Shown piece by piece: positions 7,908-16,600 of a stretch of DNA of 32,000 nt. A program made the translations under genes and the position numbers. Below the pieces are notes generated by a model. The model had not been told where the DNA came from and did not search any database. It saw only the letters and a list, made by a program, of their open reading frames with translations. The stretch spans positions 150,001-182,000 of the forward strand of contig NZ_CP180230.1 in the NCBI RefSeq assembly GCF_047555085.1. The letters are read 5' to 3'. The stretch comes from Candidatus Saccharimonadota bacterium (GTDB lineage: Archaea > Nanohalarchaeota > Nanosalinia > Nanosalinales > Nanosalinaceae). How positions within the stretch are numbered: the first letter of the stretch is position 1; each line of letters starts with the position of its first letter.

Positions 7908-8792
7908 ATGTCGGAGAACTTTCAGGGCAATATCCCGGTATCCATGGCTAAACAGGTTTTCAGAGGCATGGAATCGGGTAGAACTGACTTCGTGAAGCAG
8001 GCAGTTGTCGATAAAGGCCTGCCTGTAAGGGATGAAGGTGATTTACCTGTTTCAAGCAACTCCGAGATACTTTTCGGGAAGTTCCCGGAAGAATACGCCG
8101 TGAAAGGCCTTTTACACGATGCAGCTGTTAATCTGTATGCCAGAGAGCAGGATTTCCGTGATCTTGGAGTCGATCCCTCTGAACAGGAGATAATTGAATT
8201 ACTTGAGGGGAGTATCGATGGAACAGGATCGGCGACACCGGAACTCAGGCACAGAGTCAATGAACTGGAGACAAAATATGATTTAAGGCCTGATGAGCTG
8301 CTTCAGTACAGTTTCGGCGATAGAACTGTCTCAGATATGCTTCAGGAACTGGCGGAACACAGGAGCAGAAACTGGCAGCAGGACACTGCAGGTTTTTCAT
8401 CCATAGAGGCCGAAGTACCGGTGTTCCAGAGAGGCCTATCAGGAAGGATGGATCTGGTGCTGTCAGGAGAACAGGATCAGGTAAGAGAGCTCAAGATGAA
8501 GGACTCTGGATCAAGAGAGGACGAGTTCCAGGCCTCTGCCTACTGGCTTATCGCTGAAGGGGAGCCGGAGATCGTTCTGGAGTATCCTCTGACTGATGAA
8601 AGATTGAGCTTTGATCCGGATTCGGACGTGAACGATTTTGATCCACGTGAGTACGCATTCGACGTCTACCGTTCCCGTGACAGAGCCGTTGAGCTTGTGG
8701 AGGAGCTTAGAGGCCTGCAGAGCAAGTACTTCGATTTCTATGATTCACGTGAAAAAGCCACTAGAGAAGCGTTGAAGGAGCTCGAGGTGTAA
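7908..8792 (+). CDS. PD-(D/E)xK (RecB/Cas4-like fold) nuclease-family protein, paralog B
   Basis: GRMDLV, RELKMK (E-x-K), FQASAYWLIA (QxxxY) and IVLEYP align block by block with paralog A, which has LHD/IHD...LY, GR-x-DLV, EL+xxK, SAY-x-L-x-A and VLEYP. GGAGG lies 10 nt before the ATG. Confidence 0.55.
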   Translation: MSENFQGNIPVSMAKQVFRGMESGRTDFVKQAVVDKGLPVRDEGDLPVSSNSEILFGKFPEEYAVKGLLHDAAVNLYAREQDFRDLGVDPSEQEIIELLEGSIDGTGSATPELRHRVNELETKYDLRPDELLQYSFGDRTVSDMLQELAEHRSRNWQQDTAGFSSIEAEVPVFQRGLSGRMDLVLSGEQDQVRELKMKDSGSREDEFQASAYWLIAEGEPEIVLEYPLTDERLSFDPDSDVNDFDPREYAFDVYRSRDRAVELVEELRGLQSKYFDFYDSREKATREALKELEV

Positions 8793-8795
8793 AAA

Positions 8796-9854
8796 TTGGA
8801 TACTACTGAGTTAAGCTGGCAGAAGAATAGAGAGGATTATCTGAAAAAAGCCTATGCAGCCGTCAATGCAGACAATGATCCTGTGCCGTTGAATGAAGCA
8901 GTTGAGAACTGGAACATGCTTACAGGAGAGGCCTCTAAGCATTTCTTCTGGAAATCGCTGGGCCTTTTCAGAATCAACGATAGCCTGGATATTATAGACG
9001 ACTCGGGAGATCACCTGATAGATATAGATACTGATATTTCGCTTGAAGATTTACAGGAAGATATAGAGCTTGTTCCTGGAGACGGAAGAAACGTCAGGAA
9101 GCATAAAAAAAGCGATTACAGAGGATACGGTGATCTGAGTGTTCCTGAAGTTCCACTTTTCATAGCATGGGAACATCTTGACAGGAACGGATACGAAATC
9201 TTTCCTTACGAGGATCCGGAATTAAGAGGCCTTGCAGGCAGAACTGAGTCCTCTGAAGGAGCTGAGGAAAAATGGCTGGGGTTCTACAGTCATGATGGAC
9301 GAAAGCAAAGCAGTTCTTGGATCAATCAGGTTTTCAGAGGCCTCACTGTGGAAGGCGAAGATTTTCTGTCTACTGAAGATGTTTTCAGCGACAGGAATGC
9401 AGAGAACTATGTTGAGAAGATCTGGGAGTCGGAGCCTCTGAAGATCCGGCAGCGACTTAACAGTGTATGGGATGCAGCTCTGGAAACTGTTGAGGAAGAG
9501 CTTCCGAGACGCGTTGAAGAATACGAGGATCGCTGGGGTAACGATATAGATGAAAGAGAGGCCCTGAAGCGGGAGATGCGTTTGATGGCCGGTGACGACG
9601 AGTTCAGAGAGGACGGTGCCTATATAGAGAGAATCGTCCACGGCTACTGGGATGGAGAACTTGAAAGGTATTCGCCGGTTCTTGATCCGTTCCTGGAGAA
9701 TATAGAGTCAACGCCTCTGGAGGAAGGTGACATGCCGTACGGAGAAGCTGTACGTGGCTCTGAAACTTCTGAAGGCAAGAAAGAAAGGAACAGGATGTAC
9801 ATGCAGCATTTCCTTGATCTGGTCTGGCAGATGTCGGAGGAGCGTTACAGTTAA
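8796..9854 (+). CDS. acidic hypothetical protein (352 aa), probably co-transcribed with the nuclease-like pair
   Basis: Long ORF with neighbour-like acidic composition. It starts (TTG) only 3 nt after the upstream stop. No motif recognised. Confidence 0.5.
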   Translation: MDTTELSWQKNREDYLKKAYAAVNADNDPVPLNEAVENWNMLTGEASKHFFWKSLGLFRINDSLDIIDDSGDHLIDIDTDISLEDLQEDIELVPGDGRNVRKHKKSDYRGYGDLSVPEVPLFIAWEHLDRNGYEIFPYEDPELRGLAGRTESSEGAEEKWLGFYSHDGRKQSSSWINQVFRGLTVEGEDFLSTEDVFSDRNAENYVEKIWESEPLKIRQRLNSVWDAALETVEEELPRRVEEYEDRWGNDIDEREALKREMRLMAGDDEFREDGAYIERIVHGYWDGELERYSPVLDPFLENIESTPLEEGDMPYGEAVRGSETSEGKKERNRMYMQHFLDLVWQMSEERYS

Positions 9855-9894
9855 AGGGAAAAATTCTTTACTTTTCGACCACGAAGTATTCTCT

Positions 9895-10602
9895 ATGAGT
9901 AACGACTGGAAGACAGAGATATCTTCAAGCGGAGAAGACGCAGTCATCCGCGGAGAGAAACTGGAAAAAGTAATGGATATGGATTTCTCCGATTCAATAT
10001 GGCTTTTGCTGAAAGGAGAGAAGCCAACTGAAGAGGAATCCGAAATATTCAAGGCGATACTTTCAGGATCAATAGATCACGGAGTAGGAAATCCATCCAC
10101 AGTCTCCGCACGGACAGTTCAGAGCGGAGGAAACGACATGAATACTTCAGTAGCTGCTGGCATAATGGCATTAGGAGACAGCCACGGAGGAGCAATCGAA
10201 GAAGGTATGAAGATTCTCCAGAGTGAAAAATCAGCCGAAGAGATAGTCGAAGAATATCTGGAAAGCGGAGAAAAGATTCCAGGCCTTGGACACAAAGTAT
10301 ACAGCGAAAAAGATCCGAGAACAGAAAAGATACTGGAGAAAGCAGATAGTCTAGGCCTCTCAGGAAGGTATGTCGAGAAAATGAAAGATATTCAGGAGGC
10401 CTTTGCTGATGAAAAAGTCAGACTGGTGATGAACGTCGACGGCGGGATCGCAGCAGTTATGAGTGATATGGACTGGGATCCTGAGCTTGGGAAAGGATTC
10501 TTCATAATCGCAAGGACGCCAGGATTAGTGGCGCACGTCAGAGAGGAGATGGACAGGCCTGATTTCAGGAGAGAGGACGGTGAATACACCGGTGAACAGT
10601 GA
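9895..10602 (+). CDS. truncated citrate-synthase-family protein (citryl-CoA lyase / ATP-citrate-lyase C-terminal-domain-like)
   Basis: LGDSHGGA (citrate synthase GPLHGGA region), GLGHKVYSEKDPR (signature G-[FL]-GH-x-VY-x-x-DPR), MNVDGG (catalytic Asp region) and ARTPGLVAHVREE are all present. The ~235-aa length lacks the N-terminal third of true citrate synthases. I chose ATG 9895 because the longer 9727 ORF overlaps the previous gene with a basic, non-neighbour-like peptide. Confidence 0.7.
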   Translation: MSNDWKTEISSSGEDAVIRGEKLEKVMDMDFSDSIWLLLKGEKPTEEESEIFKAILSGSIDHGVGNPSTVSARTVQSGGNDMNTSVAAGIMALGDSHGGAIEEGMKILQSEKSAEEIVEEYLESGEKIPGLGHKVYSEKDPRTEKILEKADSLGLSGRYVEKMKDIQEAFADEKVRLVMNVDGGIAAVMSDMDWDPELGKGFFIIARTPGLVAHVREEMDRPDFRREDGEYTGEQ

Positions 10603-10939
10603 AGATCCTGTCTTTGGATTCAGCGTACTGAAGCAGGATTTCTCCGACATTGATCTTACAGAAGACGATGTCGACAGGATGCTCTCCAGAACAGGAAACG
10701 GCCATGTCATGGAGGATGTCGAGGACTGCAGTGTAAGACTGGAAGTTTACGGAGAGGACGGAGATTTCAATTACGAAGTCAGAGTAATGTATCATGACGG
10801 CCCGGACTGGGATGACCCCACTATAGGAGAGACAGATAAGATCCACTCTGCCAGTACGAAAACATACAGAGGAGAAGTACCTGAGGGCACGGAAGTGTAC
10901 AGAGAAGCCCGAAAAATAGAGGAAAGCATGTTCCGATAA
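10580..10939 (+). CDS. small acidic hypothetical protein
   Basis: 119-aa acidic ORF whose GTG start overlaps the end of the upstream gene. The start is uncertain and no motif was recognised. Confidence 0.4.
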   Translation: MNTPVNSEDPVFGFSVLKQDFSDIDLTEDDVDRMLSRTGNGHVMEDVEDCSVRLEVYGEDGDFNYEVRVMYHDGPDWDDPTIGETDKIHSASTKTYRGEVPEGTEVYREARKIEESMFR

Positions 10940-10964
10940 AAAAGAGAAGAATTTTTTGGAGCCT

Positions 10965-11498
10965 TCAGAGCTTGCTGTTGATCTCCCTCAGTTCCTGAAG
11001 GATCTCCTGAAGGACTTCATCTCTTGAGGCCTCTCCTTCGGAACTATCCGTCTTTATCCTCTTGTTGATAAGATCCTGAACTTTCTTCGGCTCTCTGATA
11101 CTTCTGAAACGCATCTCGACTCCCTGACCTCCTGCAGTCGAGATCTCAACGTTTCCGTAGCCAAAGTAGTTGCCGAACAGGCCCTGTGAGAACGAAATGT
11201 TCTGTATCTTGTCGAAGCCGATCTTCTGTACATCCCGTGAAAGCACGCCTTTCTTCCTGTAAACTCCGTTAGATGTCACAACGTAGTACGTGTTCTTCAC
11301 GCTGAGATAGGCTCCGATTATAATCAAGAGGCCTACTCCAAAGATTGACAATGGAAGGCCTATAATCACAGCCGGAATAACGCTTTTGATACGCGGCTGG
11401 CCCTTCCACTGGATTTCTTCATCCGAGTCAAGTGAAAGCCAGTCAAACTCTTCCATGTTCAGAAATTTGCTGTTCAACTGGTTTAATACTTTTTCCAA
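10965..11498 (-). CDS. membrane protein with bacterial-type PH domain (bPH_2/YdbS-YdbT-like)
   Basis: EEIQWKGQP is followed by a two-helix hydrophobic hairpin (VIPAVIIGLPLSIFGVGLLIIIGAYL). Then YYVVTSNGVYRKKGVLSRDVQKIGFDKIQNISFSQGLFGNYFGYGNVEI matches the bPH_2 pattern. An alternative start at ATG 11456 would fit a shared divergent AT-box near 11483. Confidence 0.7.
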   Translation of the reverse strand: MEKVLNQLNSKFLNMEEFDWLSLDSDEEIQWKGQPRIKSVIPAVIIGLPLSIFGVGLLIIIGAYLSVKNTYYVVTSNGVYRKKGVLSRDVQKIGFDKIQNISFSQGLFGNYFGYGNVEISTAGGQGVEMRFRSIREPKKVQDLINKRIKTDSSEGEASRDEVLQEILQELREINSKL

Positions 11499-11516
11499 CT
11501 AAGTTTTCTATTGTCG

Positions 11517-11834
11517 ATGAGTCAGGACCACACCGAATACAGATCCCGACTGGGAAAAGTTGCGATAGCCACATCTCATATAGAGAGGCAGAGGAACGAC
11601 TCCAGCGACTGGGAGATACTCGAGAGAAACTTTCCAGATCAACTTATCGCAGATCAGGTCCACTTCTCAAACATCAAACAGGTAACTTACACCGAAGGCT
11701 CAACATATCCATACATCGAGTTCGAACTGGAAGATGTCAACAAAAAAATGTTTTTCTCAATCGGAGATCCATACAAGGAAATATTCAAAGAACTCAAGGA
11801 ACGACTGGCAGCTTACAGACAGGCCTACCAGTAA
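11517..11834 (+). CDS. hypothetical protein
   Basis: ~105-aa ORF (ATG 11517; the ORF track starts at TTG 11511). I preferred it over the overlapping basic, Cys/Arg-rich 11432-11917 ORF. No motif recognised. Confidence 0.45.
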   Translation: MSQDHTEYRSRLGKVAIATSHIERQRNDSSDWEILERNFPDQLIADQVHFSNIKQVTYTEGSTYPYIEFELEDVNKKMFFSIGDPYKEIFKELKERLAAYRQAYQ

Positions 11835-11874
11835 AAATCTCTCTACAACCGATATTTTTTGGAAGAAAAACTGA

Positions 11875-11895
11875 GAGCCATGCCAAGCATGGCTC
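11875..11895. terminator. 9-bp perfect hairpin (GAGCCATGC-caa-GCATGGCTC), possible terminator downstream of tRNA-Glu
   Basis: Inverted repeat read from the sequence. On the minus strand it is followed by a T-rich run (GTTTTTCTT). Function is inferred only. Confidence 0.3.
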
Positions 11896-11981
11896 ATTGC
11901 GTGTAAACCGAGCGTAACCAGTTTGCGGTCATTCGAAAATCAGAGATTTTCTGCTTGTCAAGCATCAAAAGAAAAATTTGA

Positions 11982-12056
<75 letters not shown>

Positions 12057-12145
12057 GAATACGCGTGTAAATGTTGGAGGAGTTAACACTTTTAAGGCCT
12101 TGTCATGTCGAAAGAAACATAATTTTTTACAGGCCTCTATAACAT

Positions 12146-12547
12146 ATGAGCGACTGTGTCTTCTGCAGTATAATCAACGACGATATTCCTTCTCACAAAG
12201 TCTACGAGGACGAAAATGTTGTAGCGTTCCTCGATGCGAATCCTGTGTCGAAAGGACATACTCTGGTCGTCCCTAAGACTCATGTCGACAATATACACGA
12301 TGCCTCTGAGATGCAGTACATGTGGGATGCTCTCGTGGAGGTGTCGAACGCACTGGAAAAGGCCTGTGATCCGGAGGGAATCAATATCGCACAGAACAAT
12401 GGTGAGGCAGCAGGCCAGGAAGTATTTCATCTGCATTTCCACGTAACTCCGATCTATGAGGGAGACGAGCTGGAAATCGAGTACGATCGCTCCGAACTGG
12501 AGGATGGAGAGAGTATAGCCGCTGCAGTGAAAGATAATATCGCATAA
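12146..12547 (+). CDS. HIT (histidine triad) family nucleotide hydrolase
   Basis: The N-terminal C-x-F-C...I segment, the NPVSKGHTLVVPK region and the histidine triad HLHFHV are all present. Confidence 0.85.
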   Translation: MSDCVFCSIINDDIPSHKVYEDENVVAFLDANPVSKGHTLVVPKTHVDNIHDASEMQYMWDALVEVSNALEKACDPEGINIAQNNGEAAGQEVFHLHFHVTPIYEGDELEIEYDRSELEDGESIAAAVKDNIA

Positions 12548-12631
12548 AAAGCCTGCAGGAGAGTCTTTAGGCCCGCCTAAACTTTTTCAGGGGCCGAAAG
12601 GATATTAAGAGTGTTTTGAAAGTTTTCTTGC

Positions 12632-13456
12632 ATGTCTTTAATTGAAAACTTGTTGATAGTTTTTGTAGCAGGATTGATAACTGACCTGGCGACAGGCCTG
12701 GGTGTAATACCGTTCTTCTTCACAGAAGACTTCAGTGATAGGTGGCTTGTAGGCCTCTGGGGGCTTGCATCCGGTATAATGCTTTCTGCATCATTCCTTG
12801 GACTTATACCAGAAGGCTTGGCAGCTGGAAGTAATTTCCCGATCTATGGATCTGGTGTGCTGGCTGTATCGATGGGGCTGTTTATAGGAGCAGGCCTCGT
12901 GATTGCAGCAGGACGCTGGCTGGATGAGGCCGAGCTTGATCCCGGAACTTTCGAAGAAGCAGATTTCAAGAAGATGGCTCTGATACTGGGAATCTTGACT
13001 GTTCACAGCTTCCCTGAAGGAGTTGCTATCGGGGTTGCTTTCGCCGAACTTGGTCTTGGAAGCGGTGTACCGGTCCTTGGATTTGCTATACCGGCTATAG
13101 CGATAACGATGACTATAGCGATCTCTATACACAACATTCCTGAAGGAATCGCCATAGCTATACCTTTCAAATCTATGGGCATAAGCAACTGGAAGACTGT
13201 CGGAGCAGCAGTATTTTCAAGCGTACCGCAGCCAATAGGAGCTGTAATCGCATTCCTTTTCGTCACACAGGCCCAGACATTCCTTCCGCTGGGATACGGA
13301 TTCGCTGCAGGAGCGATGATCTATCTCGTGATCACAGAATTTTTCGATGAGGCCTTTGAACAGGGCCGTCATCTCGAGAGAAGAGGCCTTCCGGCTTTCG
13401 CAGCAGGGAATATCGGTGGCCTGGCGGTCATGGTGCTGCTGTTCCTGATGGTCTAG
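12632..13456 (+). CDS. zupT: ZIP-family divalent metal (zinc) transporter
   Basis: Polytopic hydrophobic protein carrying the paired signature motifs HSFPEGVAIG and HNIPEGIAIA that are characteristic of ZupT/ZIP transporters. Confidence 0.85.
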   Translation: MSLIENLLIVFVAGLITDLATGLGVIPFFFTEDFSDRWLVGLWGLASGIMLSASFLGLIPEGLAAGSNFPIYGSGVLAVSMGLFIGAGLVIAAGRWLDEAELDPGTFEEADFKKMALILGILTVHSFPEGVAIGVAFAELGLGSGVPVLGFAIPAIAITMTIAISIHNIPEGIAIAIPFKSMGISNWKTVGAAVFSSVPQPIGAVIAFLFVTQAQTFLPLGYGFAAGAMIYLVITEFFDEAFEQGRHLERRGLPAFAAGNIGGLAVMVLLFLMV

Positions 13457-13493
13457 CTGGAAATTTAAATTCGTGCCATGTCTAGTTGCTTGT

Positions 13494-14066
13494 ATGGCCA
13501 GTGATGATACTCTGGAGAGGATCGAAGAAATCCAGAACGAGATTCAGGAGCTTCTTTCCGAGGCAGAAGACAGGGAACAGGATGTGCAGCAAGATCTCAA
13601 CTCTCTGAAAGACAAGATACAGTATCTTAGGGATAATGCAAGAGGTGCCAGAGAGCCTGATGAACTTGAAGATATGACGAATATTTTTGTGGAGGCCTGT
13701 CATCACCTTGTCAGAGATCTCCGTGTTGAAAAGGAAATAAATCAGGAGATACAGCAACTTGGTGATGATGAAGAAACGTATATTGCCTTGATGAACAGGA
13801 TTCAGGGGGATGAAATACCGGAGGAAAGAAGACAGAGGATTCAGAGCCAGATAGGCCGTATACCGAAAGAAGATATAGAATCTGCGTTACAGGAAGACAG
13901 GGAACTGGAGAGACGTGAAGCACGTGAGACAAGAAATCAGATAGAGGAACTGAGCGAAGTATTCAACGATCTTTCACACAACTTGAAAGGCCGGAGGATG
14001 AAATCTCGACTTGAAGATGCAAGAGAGGCCTGGGTGCAGCTAACACACGTGGAGGCTGAGCTCTAA
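13494..14066 (+). CDS. acidic coiled-coil hypothetical protein
   Basis: E/Q/R/L-rich heptad-like sequence throughout. I chose ATG 13494 because the AAATTTAAATT box at 13461-13471 lies ~28 nt upstream; the ORF track begins at GTG 13473. Confidence 0.5.
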   Translation: MASDDTLERIEEIQNEIQELLSEAEDREQDVQQDLNSLKDKIQYLRDNARGAREPDELEDMTNIFVEACHHLVRDLRVEKEINQEIQQLGDDEETYIALMNRIQGDEIPEERRQRIQSQIGRIPKEDIESALQEDRELERREARETRNQIEELSEVFNDLSHNLKGRRMKSRLEDAREAWVQLTHVEAEL

Positions 14067-14068
14067 GG

Positions 14069-14461
14069 ATGGAGGCAACAGAACTTGCAGGAACACTTAT
14101 CATACAGGATGAAGGCCTATTGCTTCTGTACAGAGAGGATGAGCAGCACTGGGAGCTTCCTGGTGGAAAAGTCAGAGAAGATGAAAGTCCGACACAGGCT
14201 GCTGTAAGAGAAGCACAGGAAGAGATCTGTATCGATGTGACACTGGAGAAGCCATTTTTCTCCGGAGAGTTCGAGCACGATGGAGAACTTTTCCTGTGGC
14301 ATGGCTACATCGCAAATACAGGAGATAAGCCGGAGCTTCAGGAGGAAAAGTTCTCCGAGTTGAAGTGGTTCGATGCCGAGATGCTTGACGAGGAGGAGCT
14401 TGCTCCGAACGTAAGACAGATAGAACCGGCGCTAAGAAGAGTCCTCAAGGCCAAAGAATAA
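14069..14461 (+). CDS. NUDIX hydrolase
   Basis: The Nudix box GGKVREDESPTQAAVREAQEEICI matches G-x5-E-x7-REUxEExGU. Confidence 0.85.
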   Translation: MEATELAGTLIIQDEGLLLLYREDEQHWELPGGKVREDESPTQAAVREAQEEICIDVTLEKPFFSGEFEHDGELFLWHGYIANTGDKPELQEEKFSELKWFDAEMLDEEELAPNVRQIEPALRRVLKAKE

Positions 14462-14488
14462 AACAAATAAGTTATAACAGCTTTACAG

Positions 14489-15070
14489 ATGAGTCCTGAC
14501 GGCATACTGTTCAATTTCATCCATTCGCTGCCAGGGAATCCTGCAGTGGATCAACTGATGATCTTCTTCGCAGAATTTCTTGTACTGGCCGTGCCCGCTG
14601 CCCTAGTCTACCTGTGGTACCAAGGCAAGGCTGGAAGGATAGACTCGCTATACGTTTTCATAGCTGTCACAGTAGCTTTGATCGCATCCTATGCCGTTCT
14701 GGGACAGGCCATCCAGCACGAGTCGCCTTTCCAGGTATACAACACTATAGCATCAGGCGAACCGGAGAACAGTTTCCCAAGCCAGCACACCGCAACTTTA
14801 CTTGCAATGGTGCTGCCTCTACTATGGAGAAAGAGGAAAAATTTCGCATACTTCTTCCTTGGAACAGGCCTCCTGACAGGATTCTCACGCATATACATAG
14901 GAGAACACTACCCCGTCGATATACTTGGATCAGCGATCGCAGCAATCATAGGATTCGCTGCAGTCATACTGATCGAAAAATACATGGATAGCTACGTAGA
15001 GGCCCTAGCGAATCTCGGCCATAAAGTAGAGAGAAAGATTTCCAGGCCTTTCAGAAAAATCCCTGTATGA
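14489..15070 (+). CDS. PAP2-family (type 2 phosphatidic acid / undecaprenyl-diphosphate) phosphatase
   Basis: Multi-pass membrane protein with PSQH (the PSGH-like motif 2) and SRIYIGEHYPVD (the SR-x5-H-x3-D motif 3). Confidence 0.8.
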   Translation: MSPDGILFNFIHSLPGNPAVDQLMIFFAEFLVLAVPAALVYLWYQGKAGRIDSLYVFIAVTVALIASYAVLGQAIQHESPFQVYNTIASGEPENSFPSQHTATLLAMVLPLLWRKRKNFAYFFLGTGLLTGFSRIYIGEHYPVDILGSAIAAIIGFAAVILIEKYMDSYVEALANLGHKVERKISRPFRKIPV

Positions 15071-15097
15071 TAGAAAGTAAAAGGAAAAATTTGGGAA

Positions 15098-15298
15098 TTA
15101 GCTGATGTGGTGTTCGCCGACTTCGTCGATTACATCGACGTTAGTCATAAACACTGTACGGCAACAGTACTTCTCCAGGCCTAGATCATCAAGGACTTCT
15201 CCTGCGTCTTCCTCGTCCTCTTCAACTCTTTCCTGGAATTCTTCCCATTCGTCGCCGATAACTTTTCCACAGCTAAAGCATCTTACTGGTACTTGCAT
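15098..15298 (-). CDS. rpoN: DNA-directed RNA polymerase subunit N (Rpo10/RpoN)
   Basis: MQVPVRCFSCGKVIGDEWEEF...LGLEKYCCRTVF carries the CxxC...CC zinc motif and the conserved Rpb10/RpoN sequence. It also sits at the usual position after the S9 gene. Confidence 0.9.
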   Translation of the reverse strand: MQVPVRCFSCGKVIGDEWEEFQERVEEDEEDAGEVLDDLGLEKYCCRTVFMTNVDVIDEVGEHHIS

Positions 15299-15325
15299 AA
15301 AATAAAACCTCGCAGAGGCCTACCT

Positions 15326-15742
15326 TTAACGGTAGGACTTCTGCTGTTTGTGACGAGCTCCCTTGCTCGACTGACTTGGTTTTCTGGTCTCGGTTCTTCG
15401 AGGATCCTCGACCATCATATTCCTGTCGTAATCCCTGAAATCTCTTTCAAGCTGGTCGCTGTCGGTGTACTCTACAAGGCCTCTGGCGATAGCCATTCGA
15501 ATGGCCTCTGTCTGCCCCTGCTTTCCGCCTCCGTTTGCGTCGACACGGATGTCAAGATCGCCGACGATATCTTCTCCGGCTATGTTCAGAGGCTCCTTGA
15601 TTCTCTCCGCCTGCATATCGCTCTGGTTCGCCCAGAGATGCACAGGCCTGGAGTTGATCCTCAGAGTTCCTTCTCCTTCCTTGACTGTTGCACGGGCCTT
15701 CGCCGTCTTCCTCTTTCCGTTAGTATGTACAGAATCTGACAT
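15326..15742 (-). CDS. rps9: 30S ribosomal protein S9 (uS9)
   Basis: GKRKTAKARATVKEG-GTLRIN, GGGKQGQTEAIRMAIARGL and the C-terminal ...KGARHKQQKSYR are all uS9 hallmarks. Confidence 0.95.
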   Translation of the reverse strand: MSDSVHTNGKRKTAKARATVKEGEGTLRINSRPVHLWANQSDMQAERIKEPLNIAGEDIVGDLDIRVDANGGGKQGQTEAIRMAIARGLVEYTDSDQLERDFRDYDRNMMVEDPRRTETRKPSQSSKGARHKQQKSYR

Positions 15743-16173
15743 TATCTTTCACCTACCGGCTCCCAGCCGATATGTCTTGATACTTTACCAAGTTTTACAT
15801 AGTTCCTGTTCTGAAGCTCGTCTCCAGACTTTGTGTCAACTTCCTCTACATCGTCCTCAAACTCGTGAGGAACACCGATGTAGGCCTTCACACGTGAAAG
15901 AGCCTCCTTCCCGCGATCCTCCTTGTAAGGAACCATTCCACGCAGACTGCGCTTCAAAATCCTTTCAGGACTCTTAGGGAAATGAGGGCCTCTATCACGG
16001 ACACCTCTATCATGCTTCGTCTTGTACTCATCAAGAACCTGCTCCGTATCACCGGATACAACAGCTTCCTCAGAGTTGACAACTCTAACTTCTTCGCCGT
16101 CAAGAGCTTCCTGAGCGATCTCAGAAGCCAGACGTCCGATAACTCGATTACTTGCATCAATCACTTTTGTCAT
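15742..16173 (-). CDS. rpl13: 50S ribosomal protein L13 (uL13)
   Basis: VIDASNRVIGRLASEIAQ... and ILKRSLRGMVPYK match uL13. Its stop overlaps the S9 start by 1 nt (TAATG). Confidence 0.95.
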   Translation of the reverse strand: MTKVIDASNRVIGRLASEIAQEALDGEEVRVVNSEEAVVSGDTEQVLDEYKTKHDRGVRDRGPHFPKSPERILKRSLRGMVPYKEDRGKEALSRVKAYIGVPHEFEDDVEEVDTKSGDELQNRNYVKLGKVSRHIGWEPVGER

Positions 16174-16225
16174 TATTCGAAACTCACCTGAGTTTCTGTA
16201 AATCCGAAAATTCTCTGAATTTTCA

Positions 16226-16600
16226 TCATTTAATCACCTTTACATTGGAGCCTTCAGGATTATCCTCGACAAGATCACGGATGAACATAAACTCTCCGTT
16301 CTCCCTGATCTCACTTTTAGCTCCTTTAGAGGCCTTGAAAGCCGCAACATTAACTTCCTTGCTCAAACGTCCTGAGCCAAGAACTTTTCCGGGAACGACA
16401 ACAGTATCGCCGTCCTCAGCATTCCTCTCGATATCCGAGATATTCACTTCAGGCCTCTTCCTGTTAACTTTTCCAAGATTTTCAGCAACTTCCTTCCAGA
16501 TAGTTGCATCCTGATGCTCCAAGAGCTCAATAGTCTCCAGAAGCACTGTATTCGTAGGGTCTGCATTATTATCCATTGTTGAATTAACACCTCGCGGCAC
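16226..16600 (-). CDS. rpl18e: 50S ribosomal protein L18e (eL18)
   Basis: NISDIERNAEDGDTVVVPGKVLGSGRL and KEVNVAAFKASKGAKSEI match eL18, and the gene holds the canonical position upstream of L13-S9-RpoN. Start is GTG 16600 or ATG 16576. Confidence 0.85.
   Translation of the reverse strand: MPRGVNSTMDNNADPTNTVLLETIELLEHQDATIWKEVAENLGKVNRKRPEVNISDIERNAEDGDTVVVPGKVLGSGRLSKEVNVAAFKASKGAKSEIRENGEFMFIRDLVEDNPEGSNVKVIK

Noticed and set aside
9727-9894. 5' extension of the citrate-synthase-like ORF; the ORF track starts it at 9727.
   Set aside because: The extension overlaps the end of the upstream 352-aa gene by 128 nt and encodes a basic, Cys-rich peptide (MTCRTEKLYVALKLLKARKKGTGCTC...). ATG 9895 gives a protein that starts where citryl-CoA-lyase-like homology begins.
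11432-11917. 161-aa plus-strand ORF overlapping the start of the PH-domain gene and the whole 11517-11834 ORF.
   Set aside because: Its basic, Arg/Cys/Ser-rich composition is atypical for this proteome, and it overlaps a well-supported minus-strand gene. The alternative-frame 105-aa ORF is compositionally consistent with its neighbours.
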